A stretch of 64,000 nt of DNA from NCBI GenBank assembly GCA_964016885.1, contig OZ024740.1, positions 314,278,001 through 314,342,000 on the forward strand. Reading direction: 5' to 3'. Below the pieces are notes generated by a model. It had not been told where the DNA came from. It saw nothing but the letters and a program-made list of their open reading frames with translations, and did not search any database. Below are positions 40,091-53,544 of the stretch, piece after piece (within the stretch, counting starts at the first letter, position 1; every line of letters starts with the position of its first letter). This stretch comes from Eledone cirrhosa (taxonomy: Eukaryota). A program made the position numbers and the translations under genes.

Positions 40091-42834
40091 TCATCATCAT
40101 CATCATCATCATCATCGTTTAACGTCCATGTTCCACGCTTGCATGGGTTTGGACGGGAGTTTTCCCACTTGAGGCAAGAGTGGTTGTCATTGCTCGCATA
40201 GGACTGTCTGGCGGGTTTTCTACGGCTGGATGCCCTTCCTAACACCAACCACATTTACAGTGTGGGGCTGGGAGGTTTTTACCGTGTTGCCTACACGGCC
40301 ACATTACAGCGTGGACTGTGTGTTTTTTTTGTCGTGACACCTACATGATCTCATTTGTTTCGGCCTGGATGTTGTGGCACCAACATAACTTTACATTGAA
40401 AGGGGCGGTGGGGGAGGTGGGACGGAGGTGTATTTGTTAGAGATGCCTACTGACTAGTAGGTTTTACTTAGTATTTAGGTAAGGCGGGTCTACTCTATTA
40501 CTGAGTACCGCCAAAGGTCTCGGTCCAGTGACATTGTCTTGGAGAGGTGTAAGTGTGTGAGGTCGGAATTTATCAGCTCGTCCCAGGTTTTTCTGGGTCT
40601 GCCTACTCCGTGGCTACCGTCTATCTTTATTGCCCTGCACTTTGTTATACAGCTGTCGTCTTTCATGCGCATCACGTGTCCATACCAACGTAGCCTTCTC
40701 TCGAGTAAACAACATCTGATCCCTCTTATTTCTAATTTTTTCCTTAGTTCGTTTATGCTTTGGCGTTCACGTATATTACTATTACACATCCAGCGGAGCA
40801 TGCAAGCTTCGTTCCTCTCTAGTCTGCCTATATCCTCTGCACACAATGCCCAGGTCTCACTGCCATGCAACATTGCTGTTCGTATGCAGGCATCATACAA
40901 CCTGCCTTTCATTTTTAGGGAGAACCCTTTAGCGGCTAATAGTGGTATAAGCTCTCTGAACTTTTTCCATCCAGTTCTGACTCTAGCTACTGTACTTTCA
41001 GAGCACCCTCCCCCACTGCTAATTTTGTCACCCAGGTAACGGAAGCTGTCCACTATTTCTATAGAACCCTCTGCGCAATTGAAAGAGCTAGTATTTTGTG
41101 AGCACTTGCTGCTACTTATTGCACCAGAGCACCGACCACATGTAAAATCTATGTTCTTAGTTAGCTTACCTGTGATCCCACTACATCTTTTATGCACCCA
41201 TACTTTGCATTTGGGACATAAAATGGAGTTTCTACCTATGCCTTTCTTACACACTGAGCATGGCCACTTCCCGGAAGGGACCGCTCCCTTATTTTCTTTC
41301 TTACAAACTAGAACTTTAGTCTTAGCCAGGTTAATTTTAAGGCCTTTTGATTCTAGGCCGTGCTTCCATGTTTGGAATTTCTTCTCTAGCTCGGCCATTG
41401 ATTCAGCTATGAGCGTTAGATCATCTGCGTATAGGAGTTCCCATGGGCAGCCAGTCTTGAACTCCTCTGTTATAGCCTGAAGGGCAATAATAAATAGTAG
41501 GGGGCTAAGAACAGAGCCCTGATGGACACCAACTTTTACGCTAAACTCTTGACTATATTCGTTGTTAATTCTAACCTTGCTGACTGTTTCTTTATACATG
41601 GCTTGTATAGCTCTCACAAGCCATTCGTCAACACCTAGTTTTCTAAGAGCCCACCAGATAATGGAACGGGGGACTCTGTCGAAGGCTTTCTCCAAGTCGA
41701 CAAAAGCTAAGTATAGGGGTTTACTTTTAGCTAGGTACTGCTCCTGTAGTTGTCGTACAATGAAAAGAGCGTCTGTGGTACTTTTGCCTGACACAAACCC
41801 GAACTGCATTTCATCTAGATCAATTCTCTCTCTGATTAGCTGCGCTATTACTTTTTCCGTGACCTTCATGACGTGGTCGATTAATTTAATGCCTCTATAG
41901 TTACTCCTATCTAGGGCATCTCCTTTACCCTTATAACAGTTAATGATGATGCTGCTATGCCAGTCCTTCAGAACAACCCCATTCTGTACGACTTGGTTTA
42001 CTATCCGGGTGACCATGGTGTGTCCCACCGTTCCAGATGCCTTCAGCATCTCAGCAACTATTTCCGAAGGCCCAGCTGCCTTACCCGTCTTCATATCTTT
42101 GATTGCCTTACTTATTATACTACCCTCGACTAACACTGCTGGTCCCTCTATTGGGTCGATGTGGGGGAGACTGTCTTTCTCCCATTTATCTCCTCATTTA
42201 GTAGCCTTTCGTAGTGACACTTCCAAGCTACCTTCTTATCAGCGTCGGTGATGGCAAGTTCGCCATCATCATTAAGTACACACTTCTCCCCGACAATATC
42301 ACGGTTTTCCTTGACACATTGCCTAGCAATCCTGAACACCTCACGTTTTTGGTCCTCGCGTTGTAGAACATGTTTGAACTTTCTTTCCTCTGCTTCCCTT
42401 CTTGCGAAGTACACTTGTCTCCTAGCTTCCCTCCTGGCCACTTGATAGTCTTCTCTACTTCCCCCATCTCGCCATACTTTCCAAGCCTGCTTTTTGGCCT
42501 TAATTGACCCCTCCACCTTACTGTTCCACCACCATGTTACTCTCCTCCTGCCTACAGGCCTGCTCCAGCCACAGACTTCGTCTGCCGCCATCAGCAGGTT
42601 TGCTTTCAGGAATTCCCACTGTTCTTCTATATTGTACGACTCTAATTGCTCTTCCTTACTGTCGAAAGCATCAAGTAGTATGCTTTTAAATTTATTTCTG
42701 GCTGTGGGGTCCTTTAGCTTCCATATTTTTCTCCTGGATAGTCCTCTTCTGCTGTCTAGTACGTCTCGTCCTGACTATTAGGTCGCTAATTATCAGTCTA
42801 TGCTGGGAGGTGCATTCTTCATGGGGGAGGGATT
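40091..42834 (-). mobile_element. Long 5'-truncated RTE LINE with complete RT domain
   Basis: 548-aa ORF: [41 protein letters not shown], Cys-rich insert, YLG; frameshift near 42190. Confidence 0.95.
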
Positions 42835-42943
42835 TAGATGAGATTCTACAGAACTAGAACTGTTTCATTCTTTAGAAATCATCAGGAATCTCCTGATGAT
42901 TTCTAAAGAATGAAATAGTTCTAGTCCTGTAGAATCTCATCTA
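42835..42943. repeat. 109-bp palindrome with a CTGATGA...GAAA motif in each arm
   Basis: Arms 42835-42887 and 42891-42943, 3-nt loop, 2 mismatches. Confidence 0.9.
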
Positions 42944-43599
42944 TATTAAAACTAATATATATATATATAATTATATTATTAGACTGATATATAGAGAAGT
43001 TAAGATAAGTTGAAAAATTGTCAATTTCCTTCTTTCAATGTTTATATATATATATAGAGTTCAATTCTCAGACCGGGTGATGTGTTGTTTCCTTGAGCAA
43101 GACACTTTATTTCACATTACTCCAGTTTACTCAGCTGTAGAAATGAGATGATAGGACTGGGGTCCCTATCATGCCACTGCAAAGTGGTCGTGGAGGTGCC
43201 ACGCAAAAAAGCACCCAGCCCACACTGTAAAGTGGACGTGTAGGCGCCACGGAAAAAAAGCGCCCAGCACTCACTGTAAATGAGGTTTGGGTTAGGAAGG
43301 GCATTCAGCTGTAGAAATAAAGCCAGAATCAGTTCCCGCATGAGCAAGACAAGGTCAGCCGACCGGACACTGCCCACAACAGGACAACCCGTCTAACCCA
43401 TGCTAGCGTGGAAGAATGGACGTAAAATGGTGATGATGATACATATATGTACTAATGTCTGTTTGTATTTATATAGCTGTTAATATATATGTGTGTTGTG
43501 TACGTGTGTATATTCATAACGGAAACATTGCTCATATAGAATAGCTGTGTTTAAAATAACAGAGGCTAGGAAATCACCATTTTCATCCCACCCACTCAC

Positions 43600-46500
43600 C
43601 CTATATCTATCACCTTCCAGTATGCATGCCTGGCGCTGTATGCTAAACACTCATGCACATAGCACGTTAAACCAAGTTCCACTCAGCGCAGACAGAGGTT
43701 CCGCAAGCCGTAGTGTAAGTAACCCGTCTAGGAGAGCTGTCACTCCGAATAAATTAGTGTGTGGTAGAGAAGTCCAGTAAGACAACTTCCCTAGTGCTGG
43801 TGGCACGAATAAAAGCACCCAGTCCATGCTGTAAAATGGAGGAGTGGGGTAGGGCCCCTGAGTCCAGTAAGACAACCTCTCTAATGCTGGTGGCACGAAT
43901 AAAAGCACCCGGTCCATGCTGTAAAGTGGTGCTGGTGTTAGGAAGGTCATCCAACCAGTATATATTAATACCAAAAACTGAGCACAACTGCATAAACAGA
44001 AATAACACTAACTATGTTAGGGCTGCGTATGGTAGTGGGGTGGCTGGTGCGGTCATGTGTGAGAACGCCCCGGACCGTCATCAAGGTGGCTGGTGCGGTC
44101 ATGTGTGAGAACGCCCCGGACCGTCATCAAGCAATCGCACAACAACAACTGCATAAACAGCAATAACACTAACCATGTTAGGGCTGCACACGGTAGTGGG
44201 GTGGCTAGTGTGGCCATGTGCAAGAACCCCCCGATCGTCACCAAGCAATTGCACAACAAGAACAAGAACGAGAATATGAAGACATCGCAGGCAAACATCT
44301 TAGTTATAAGCTTTTCTGGGTGGGTAATGATGATGGGTTAGGTGGGTAGGCATTTTACTGGCTGAGAGACGGATCGATAAGACAATAGAGGTAGTTAGAG
44401 TTAGTAATAGAATAATTAAGCTTAGATTAGTTGTAGGCAAGAGACTACTGACAATCATCTCTGCCTATGCTCCCCAGGCAAGCCTAGGTAAAGAAGAGAA
44501 AGACTGCTTTTACGAGCAACTTTTGGAAACAGCCGCAATGACAGAGGAGACATCGTTATGCTAGCAGGGAACTTCAATGGTCATGTTGGACAGCTCCAGG
44601 ATGGATACACTGGAGTACATAGTGGGCACGGTTATGGCTCAAGAAATGAAGAAGGAGTGAGGCTTCTTGAATTTTGTGATGCAAGTGCACTAACCATTTG
44701 CAACACTAACTTCAAGAAACCTACCAACCACCTAATAACCTACAAAGCAGGCGAGCACATAAGCCAGATTGACTTCTTGCTAGTTAGACAGCGAGACAGA
44801 CAGATGGTGTCAAATACTAAGGCATACCCCGAGCAAGAATGTACCCCACAGCATAGGTTAGTTGTTAGTGACATCTTAGTAAGCAAGAGACAAAATGAGA
44901 CATACAGGAAGGTGTGGAAAAGGAAGGTCTGGAAGCTAAAAGACCTTTCACTAAAATATAAATTTAGGAAAGCCCTTCAAGATGTGTATGACGAAAAAGA
45001 AGACGATTTAGAATCGTATGACATTTGTGGCTGGAACAGAGCTCCGACCAGACAGAGAGTGACCTGGTGGTGGAACAGCACGGTAGATAGGGCCATTAGA
45101 GACAAAAGTCTAGCATGGAATGCTTGGAAAAATGGTGGGAGTAGAGATGGATACACAGCTGCTAAGAGAGAAGCTAGACATCAGGTGTACTTAGCACTCA
45201 GGGAGGCTGAGAGTAGGAGGTTTGCCAATGTTCTGCGACGCGGGAAGATCAGAGACGTGCGGTGTTCCGCATTGCAAGGCAGTGTGTCAGTGTAAATCAG
45301 GATGTTACTGGAGATAAGTGTGTCCGGAATGATGCTGGTGTACTTAGTGTCACAAATGATCAGAAAAAGAAGCCCTGGAAATGTCATTATGAGAGACTGA
45401 TGAATGTGGAGAACGAATGGGAGAGAGAGAAATTACCCTCAGTAGATCCAACAGAGGGACCAGCTATTGAGATTGACGAATATAGGGTCCAAGAGGCGAT
45501 TAAGGAAATGAAAAATGGTAAGGCCGCTGGACCGTTGGAGATAGTTGCTGAGATGCTGAAGGCATAAGGAGAAGTAGACACTAAACTGGTTGCACACATC
45601 ATCAGTCAAGCTATATATGGCGGTGTCATACCCAAAGACTGGTGCAGCAGTATTCTCATAAATTGCTACAAAGGTAAAGGGGATGCTCTGGAGAGGAGCA
45701 ATTATAGGGGCATAAAGCTGATGAATCAGGTTATGAAAGTGGCAGAGAGAATATTAGCGCAACTAATTAGAGAAAGGATCAAATTAGATGAGATGCAGTT
45801 TGATTTTGTGCCTGGGGAAAGTACAACAGATACCTTCTTCTTAGTGAGACAACTACAAGAGAGGTTCTTAGAGAAAAATAAGCCACTATACTTAGCCTTT
45901 GTTAACCTAGAGAAGGCCTTTGATAGGGTAGCCCGACCTGTCATCTGGTGGTCCCTAAGGAAACTAGGTGTTGAGGTATGGCTTGTGAGGACAGTGCAAG
46001 CTATGTACAGAGGTGCTGTCAGTAAAGTGAGAGTAGGAATGGAGTTTAGTGAGGAATTCCAGATACAAATAGTAGATCAGGGTTCGGTCCTCAGCCCACT
46101 CTTACTCATTATAGTTCTCCAAGCCATAACAGAGGAGTTTAAGACTGGCTGCCCATGAGAACTTCTCTATGCTTATGATCTGGTTCTTATAGCAGAATCA
46201 GTAGAGGAGCTAGAGAATAAATTCTGGCTATGGAAACAGCAGTTGGAATCAAGAGGACTGAGAGTGAACATAGCTAAGACAAAAGTGTTGACAAGTAGAA
46301 AAGAGGACAAAACTCTGATTCCATCAGGGAAATGGCCATGTTTGATATGTAGAAAAGGAACTGGCATAAATTCTATAAAATATACAAAATGTAGATCTTG
46401 GGTACTCAAGAGATGTAGTGGGATAACAGGCAAACTAACAGGTAGGGAAAACTACGTATGCAGTAGATGTACAGGGAAATTTGACAGTAGTAATCGCAGT

Positions 46501-47152
46501 GATCGACACATTTTTCAAATGCAGATGGGTTCTATAGAAGTGGTTGATAGCTTCCGGTACCTAGGTGATCAGATTAGCATGGGAGCGGGCTGTTCCGAGG
46601 CCATGATATCTAGAATAAGGATGGGTTGGAAGAAGTTTAGGGAGCTGCTTCCTCTGTTGACAAAGAAGGGTTTCTCCCTGAGTACGAAAGGCTGGTTATA
46701 TGATCCTGTGTGAGATATGCGATGATGCATGGTAGTGAGACATTGTCAGCAACTACAGAGGATATGCGACGACTGGAGAGATATGAAGCAAGCATGCTCT
46801 GTTGGATGTGCAATGTTAATGTGCGTGAACAACCAAGCATAGATGAGTTGAGTGAGAAACTGTGTATAAGAGGAATAAGTTGTGGTGTGCGGGAGAGAAG
46901 ACTGAGATGGTATGGATATGTGATGGCATGGAGGATGACCGCTGGGTAAAGAAGTGCCAAGAAATCCCAGTAGAAGGAAGACGCAGTAGAGGAAGACCAC
47001 GAAAAACATGGGCAGAGGTGGTGAGAGCAGACCTCAGATCGCTGAAGCTCATGGAGGAGATGACGAAGGACCATGACAAGTGGGGAGATGCTATGCTGAA
47101 TAGAACCTGTCCCACCCTTGCAAGCAGGGAAAAGCGGACATAAAATGATGAT
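43600..47152 (+). mobile_element. Degenerate near full-length RTE LINE (APE endonuclease plus RT)
   Basis: ISAYAPQ, AGNFNGHVG, SQIDFLL, QHRLVV (APE); RT motifs and (GAT)n tail; multiple stops and frameshifts; 5' boundary uncertain. Confidence 0.9.
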
Positions 47153-47159
47153 GTATATA

Positions 47160-47665
47160 TACAGAGTGATTGTAAAGTAACTCCCTATTGAATGCTGTAA
47201 GGTACCTCACCATGCTGCAAGATGAAATCTGGCCAGTTATCAGTACTTGGAGAATATTGAAGATTTGATTTTGCTACTGTTGTTCATGAATGGCTGAATG
47301 CCCACGTCCCTGGGAGATGGATGGGTTGTCGTGGTCCATATGAGTGGCCAGCCAGAAGCCCTGGCTTAACACCCTGTGACCTTTTTCTTTGGGGTTGGTT
47401 AAATGAGCAAGTCTACTCCACCAAACCAATGAATTTGGAAGAACTTGAAGGGTGAATACGAGAAGTTATGTCTTCCATCCCACAAGAGTTCCTGGTGAAA
47501 TCAGTTGATGCTGTTCCAGGGCAGCTTGAGAAGCTGGTGGCAAATGCTGGTACCCATATTGAATTTTAAATAAAACTCCATGCTATACGCTTTCTTCTCA
47601 TATTCAAAAATTATAGTTAAGAAATAAATTATAAGAATTTTAAAATAGGGAGTTAATTTTCAATC

Positions 47666-47672
<7 letters not shown>
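47160..47672 (+). mobile_element. Tc1/mariner deletion derivative with transposase C-terminus
   Basis: TIRs cagagtgattgtaaagtaactccctat / atagggagttaattttcaatcaccct; WLNAHVPGRWMG...EWPARSPGLTPCDLFLWG...GTHIEF*. Confidence 0.88.
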
Positions 47673-47716
<44 letters not shown>

Positions 47717-49067
47717 TAATGTTAATATATATATATATTGAGATTGACGAATATAGGGTCCAAGAGGCAATTAAGGAAATAAAAAATGGTAATATATATA
47801 TATATATTAACATTATATATTATATAATGTCAATGGTTTTGTATGATATTGTGAGATTTCATTTATTGAATATGTTTGTTTTTATATAAACCTTGTATTT
47901 AATAAACATTATTGGCAGTGTCAGTAGAAGGTCGGATGCCATGCTTTGACGCATAGAGTTACGGCCCTTGCCATTCTGTGTTCAAATCCTGCCGAGGTTA
48001 ACTTTGCCTTTCATCCTTACGGGGTCGATAAAATAAAGTACCAGTAATGCACTGGGTATTTGCTGGCCATGTGCTAAAAGTAGAAACAATTATATAATTC
48101 TTAAACATTTATCTGGCTGTTATTTTGATGGTATCTGATAATGTAATGCTCAAGTTTCAAAGGTGATATGTTGGTTTTATGGTATCAGACTAATAACAGA
48201 GGGGAAATCTTGCACCAGTGAAAATGTTAGAATTCTACTTAAATGTTTAGTTGTATTGGTGGATTGGTAGTATCGACAGAGGGTCGGACGCCATGTTTTG
48301 CAGCAAAGAGTTACGGCCCTTTATGGTCTAAGTTCAAATTCCGCTGAGGTTAACTTTGCCTTTCATCCTTACGGGCTCAATAAAATAAAGCACCAGTAAT
48401 ACACTGGAATAATTGTTGGCCTTGTGCCAAAAGTAGAAACAATTATTATTATGTATAATTATGTTTGTGTACATACACACTCACACTCACACACACACAC
48501 ACAAATACATACATACATATGATACATAGATACATTATTAATAATTATTAATTAATTCTATCATGCAATGTCTGTGCGTGAAGATATTTTTTAAAGTGAG
48601 GAAAGACTGTGCATTGAGCCAATCCCACTCTCTGAGCAACTAGCTATAACCCGAAAAGAAGAAAAGATCAACATCATCGGTAACTACTGAGCCGCAGATT
48701 TTATGTCGGAGTTATCCCAGTTTCCTGAGTTGCCTTCTCCTAGAAGAATGCCCTGACAAAGGCTAGGGGTCCTTCACTCCCAGTGGTTTAACCGCGCGGT
48801 ACATGTGTATATACATATTTACACACTTTTGGATGGCCATTGACTCTTATGTGTTCTTCCACCCTTTGTCAGGTTTTGGTTTTTGTCCTGCAGGGTGTCC
48901 AAACTCACCCTCCTTACCAAGTAAACTTGGTGGGGTTGCCAGTTTAGTCGCCGACGACCCGGCCATGCGACAGGTTGTACTGGGTTACATGTTACCAGTA
49001 GCACTCAAGAGTGACCCGACATACATACATACATTCATACATTCATTCGTGTGTGTGTGTGTGTGTA

Positions 49068-49770
49068 TATAGGATCAGCAAGTGCATTATTGATAGCATC
49101 ATCCCAGAACTTAAGGCTAAACTAGGAACTAGCTTATGGACTTACATTAAAGGTGTATTCGACTGGTTTAACAACATGGAGTATAAACGTGACACTAGCT
49201 TCGTCCAACTAAATATTTCCAAGTATTACACATCCATTTGTCCTATACTAATGAACAAACCCCTTCACTTAGCTATCTGGAACTCCAGTCTCATCAGAAG
49301 AGAAGTGTATGTAATAACGACGGCTAGGAAAATATTAATAGAATTCCTAGGCAAACTCCAGGAACATAAGGGCCAACAGGACAGCTTTGAAATAACAATG
49401 GGGTCTAGTGACTCAGCACAAATCACTGACATAGTAGGAATCTAGTTGCTCCATAACATTTGGCTAAAGTTCCCAGTGGTGGTGGTGGACTGTACAGAGA
49501 TGACTGCAAACTTCCTTAATGTGACCCTAAAACTGGACACTGGGCTGTACCGACCATACCATAAGCCAAATGAAAGCTTCCATTACGTAAATAACCATTC
49601 TAACTACACTAAGTCAGTGCTAAAATCCATTATTAAGACTGTATCCCATAGAATACCAGGATATCGACTAATGCTGAGATATTCGACTAACATGCTGAAT
49701 ATTACAAAATACCAAGCAGGGCAGGTTATATTGAACTCATCAGGTTCAACATATGCGAGGACCTTAATAC
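49068..49770 (+). mobile_element. Penelope-like element RT fragment
   Basis: FVQLNISKYYTSI, ITMGSSDSAQITDIVG, NFLNVTLKLDTGLYRPYHKPN...YVNNHSNY. Confidence 0.85.
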
Positions 49771-51159
49771 GGCTAACCCCCACTTGAGACGCACATTGAG
49801 GAACCACGTTCCTGCAACAACCCATGATGAGAGCAACACACCTGACATCCAAACCTACACAGACCCACCCACACGCGCACCAATGGAGTTAACGGTGACA
49901 GTAATAATGACGTGAGTACCAATGGAAACCACGATGAACCTAACAGTGCTATAAAAATGGACAGGAATAACAATGGTAATCCCACCAACTTTAAGTGGGC
50001 TAACAGCAAGAGAAAACCTGATACTAACACCAGCAACTCTACCTCACTGACTATTACCACCGCTATCAACCCTAATAGTGGTGGTAATAGTAGCCACTAC
50101 AACAAAGGAATCAACCGAGTTGGAAGATCGTATAAGCATACTACCTTTGAATCTCAGTTTAATGTTGCAGTGATCAATTTCCCCCACCACCACCATATTC
50201 AAAAGCTATCTGCAATCTGCAGAGTTTTTGCTAACCAAAGTTTGCCATTTAGAAAGCCAGTGAAATAAATGGGGATATAGTTATATGTCCCTTTACTATC
50301 CAAGTTCAAATCCTTCTCATGTCGACTTCTGGATCGATAGAAGTAGTATCAATTTTATACCAATGTTGATTCAATCGGTCATACCCCTTTCAAATAAATT
50401 TTGACTTTAACATCAACGTTTTTTGGTTTTTTACCTGAATAATTAATACATATTTATTCTCAATACACGTGTCTCACTCACAAAGTTGGTGTTAAAACCA
50501 CTGATAATTACATAACTATGAAAAAGAAAGGTAAAAACAAAATTAAGTAATGGGAAAAGGGGGGAATATAGAAAGGCAGATCTGGTTGTAAGGGAAAACA
50601 GAGGAAATGACTATAAATGTCATAAATGAGAGGAAAAGGAGGGAGAAAGCAAGGACTCTTGGGCTACAGAAGAAAGTGAGAGGGTGATAGGCTCTGAGCC
50701 TAGGGTAGGGTGGTGTATGGGCTGCGCCCCACGGACAAAACTACAAAGACATTTACGCGGACAATGGTCAGCGACACCCACTGCAACCGCCACTCCATCT
50801 CGCAGGGCTCCTCCTCTCTCAGACGAGGTTCAGTGTACATACTTTCTCTTCTACACACACATATAAACTGTTAAAATGATTTGTTGAAATTGTGTTCTAG
50901 TGAAATATTTCATATTCATCTTCATATATATCTGACTCATTCACAGAATACAAACTGATAGCTGAACTATCCAGCCTATGGATGACTCATTGACAAAGTG
51001 AATCAATAAATGCTATATTTTAAAATGAAATACTACAGAGTTTCTTGTTAAAAACCTAACTAAATATGGGGTTATTTTGCAATTAGTATTCCGTAGGAAA
51101 TAATTAAGGTTGCAGATGTTATCTTTGGAATTTAATTAATCACCCCATACAGCATGAGT

Positions 51160-51430
51160 AGAGGCATGTGGTCTAGAGGTAAGGGTGTTGCACTTACGAT
51201 CATAATGTCGTGGGTTCGATTCCTGGTCTGGGTTGTGTGTTGTGTTCTTGAGCAAAACACTTCATTTCATGTTACTCCAGTATACTCATCTGAAAATGAG
51301 TACCAGCAATAACTGGAGGTTTAGCCCAGCGATGGACTGGTATCCTTCCCAGGGGGAGTCTTGTAATCTCAGTCACTTCCTACCACGAAACCAGGATAAC
51401 AACCAGCCTAACGAACCTTCTGGCTTGAGA
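51160..51430 (+). mobile_element. tRNA-derived SINE (CORE/V-like family)
   Basis: tggtctagaggt A box, gggttcgattcc B box, ttcttgagcaaaacactt domain. Confidence 0.75.
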
Positions 51431-53265
51431 CAGACTTTAGACTTCGACATACATCATGTACCCATATACATCAGGTAAATTTCACCAAGTATTTTAATTT
51501 TTTTTTTTTTTTTTCAGAAAATAAACCAGAACAAATAGTTTCGAATTTATTAATTTTATTTCAATGTAGAAACAATTTTAGAACCACAAAAATGGATTAT
51601 AAGTAAACTTTAGTGTTGGGAATATAGCAAGAGGTTATGTCTATCTATCTATGTAAAATATAAGCCAGGTGTTAAAAAGGACATCAACAAAATAAATGTC
51701 TAAAATAAAAGCAACAGTGATGTCAACTTATTTTGTTGACTTGAATATTGGGGCAATGATAGGTGCCATTCCTATAAGCTTATTGATTTGAACCCAAACA
51801 TCAAATACAACGATTGATGCTAGAAAGATACAAATATAAATAAATAATATGTGAAATCTATTCTAGCGTGTCTTGAGCTCACTATCTGGATGGTATAAAT
51901 CTAATATGTATACAGCTATGTTAGAGCGAATATTTTAATTATAATTCTTATTCAGGTTGAGCCAGCTTAAAGTTCCGTATGCAAATGAGGCTAATCAGTC
52001 CATATACATAAGCGATAAAACTATGTTTTCGGCTTATTTGAGTGCCAGTATGAGGCAAGGAAGGAGTGCGTAACCTTGACAACAGCCAAACAGCCAGAAG
52101 CAACTGTCGATTGCTTCCCCTTGCTTCTGTTGGAACAAGGAAGATGGCGTCAGTCACCACCTTTAAAATTCATAGATAAAGGCTTTCAAATGTTTATTCG
52201 TAAATACGTCGTATATTATTCGATGTATAAACTTCACATACATGTATATATACAGCTATGTTGGAGCAAACATTCTAATTATAATTCTAACCTTTTTTTT
52301 TTACTGACAGGTCCTTCATACGGTCTTAATGCATTATGCTGTGTATTTATTTTTTCTCTTCTGAGTAATCAGTTAATTTGAACGCAAGCAACCAAGCATC
52401 ACAATTATAAGGAAGAGACTTCATGTGACGTCTATGCGATATCAGCAACTTGGCGCAGATCCAACAGGAAATCTCAAGCATTTTGATTGACTGAATATCA
52501 ACTATTGCCTTCTTAAATAATCTTATCTATTTAGTGCTTGTGTTGTTGTTACGAACAGGGTGTGTGTGAGGAATCCAGCCACTCAGTTTCTTGGCCTGGG
52601 GTAAAATTCCCCATCCCTGATCGAAGGTGTACTGTTTAGTCATACCTTTACGATGTCTTGTATTGGGGTTCAAGCCAGTATTTTTGATATTTTTTCTACT
52701 AATTTTTCTGTGAATATAGAAAACCGTTGGCTTCAAAGTATGAGATTCATGGTTCGAGTACGAAGATGTTAGGTTGGTAGTGCGACTAGCTTTCACAATC
52801 TGTTGGACAAATGTTGAATCAGAAAGACATTAGTGAATGGCAAAAAATACTGGTTTCGTACATCAGGTAAAAAGAAATGTACAATGGTAAAACTGGTACC
52901 TTTATGGAGTACAGTATAATTGAATAAGTATTCAATAAACTCTTTTGACTTTCCCTCTTCGATGCCATCTTCTGTATTACCAGTTGCCAAGTATAAAATC
53001 TTTCTTGTTTTCTCCAAACCTTGAAGTCCACCATTCCTGATAGTATTTTGTCCATTATACTCAAATAATATGCTCTAAAGTTAACTTCTAACCTAACCTA
53101 ACTCTTCAATACTTTTTTCTCTCTATATATATATATATGTTTATATATATATCATCCTGATGATTTCCGTCGAATGAAACAGTTGTAGTCCTGTAGAAGC
53201 CATTTCTACATTAAATTTTGTTGTATACATATATATATTTCTCTCTTTGTATTTCTCTCTCTCTG

Positions 53266-53296
<31 letters not shown>

Positions 53297-53438
53297 CTAT
53301 CTATTTATCTATCTATCGACTAATTTTTTAAATTGCATTTGTGACCACATTTTACACGTTTTTATTGTATGTAAACTTCCCCCTTTGTATTTGTCCCCTT
53401 CTTTGGTACCCCTGTGGCTAATAAAGAAACATATCTAT

Positions 53439-53493
<55 letters not shown>

Positions 53494-53513
53494 CCTATCT
53501 ATCTATCTATCTA

Positions 53514-53544
<31 letters not shown>

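Noticed and set aside
49773-50268. Asn/Thr-rich 118-aa ORF
   Set aside because: Low-complexity sequence contiguous with the decayed Penelope fragment; no splice or homology support
51160-51232. tRNA gene
   Set aside because: A and B boxes belong to a SINE head; no full cloverleaf, and the sequence continues into the SINE body
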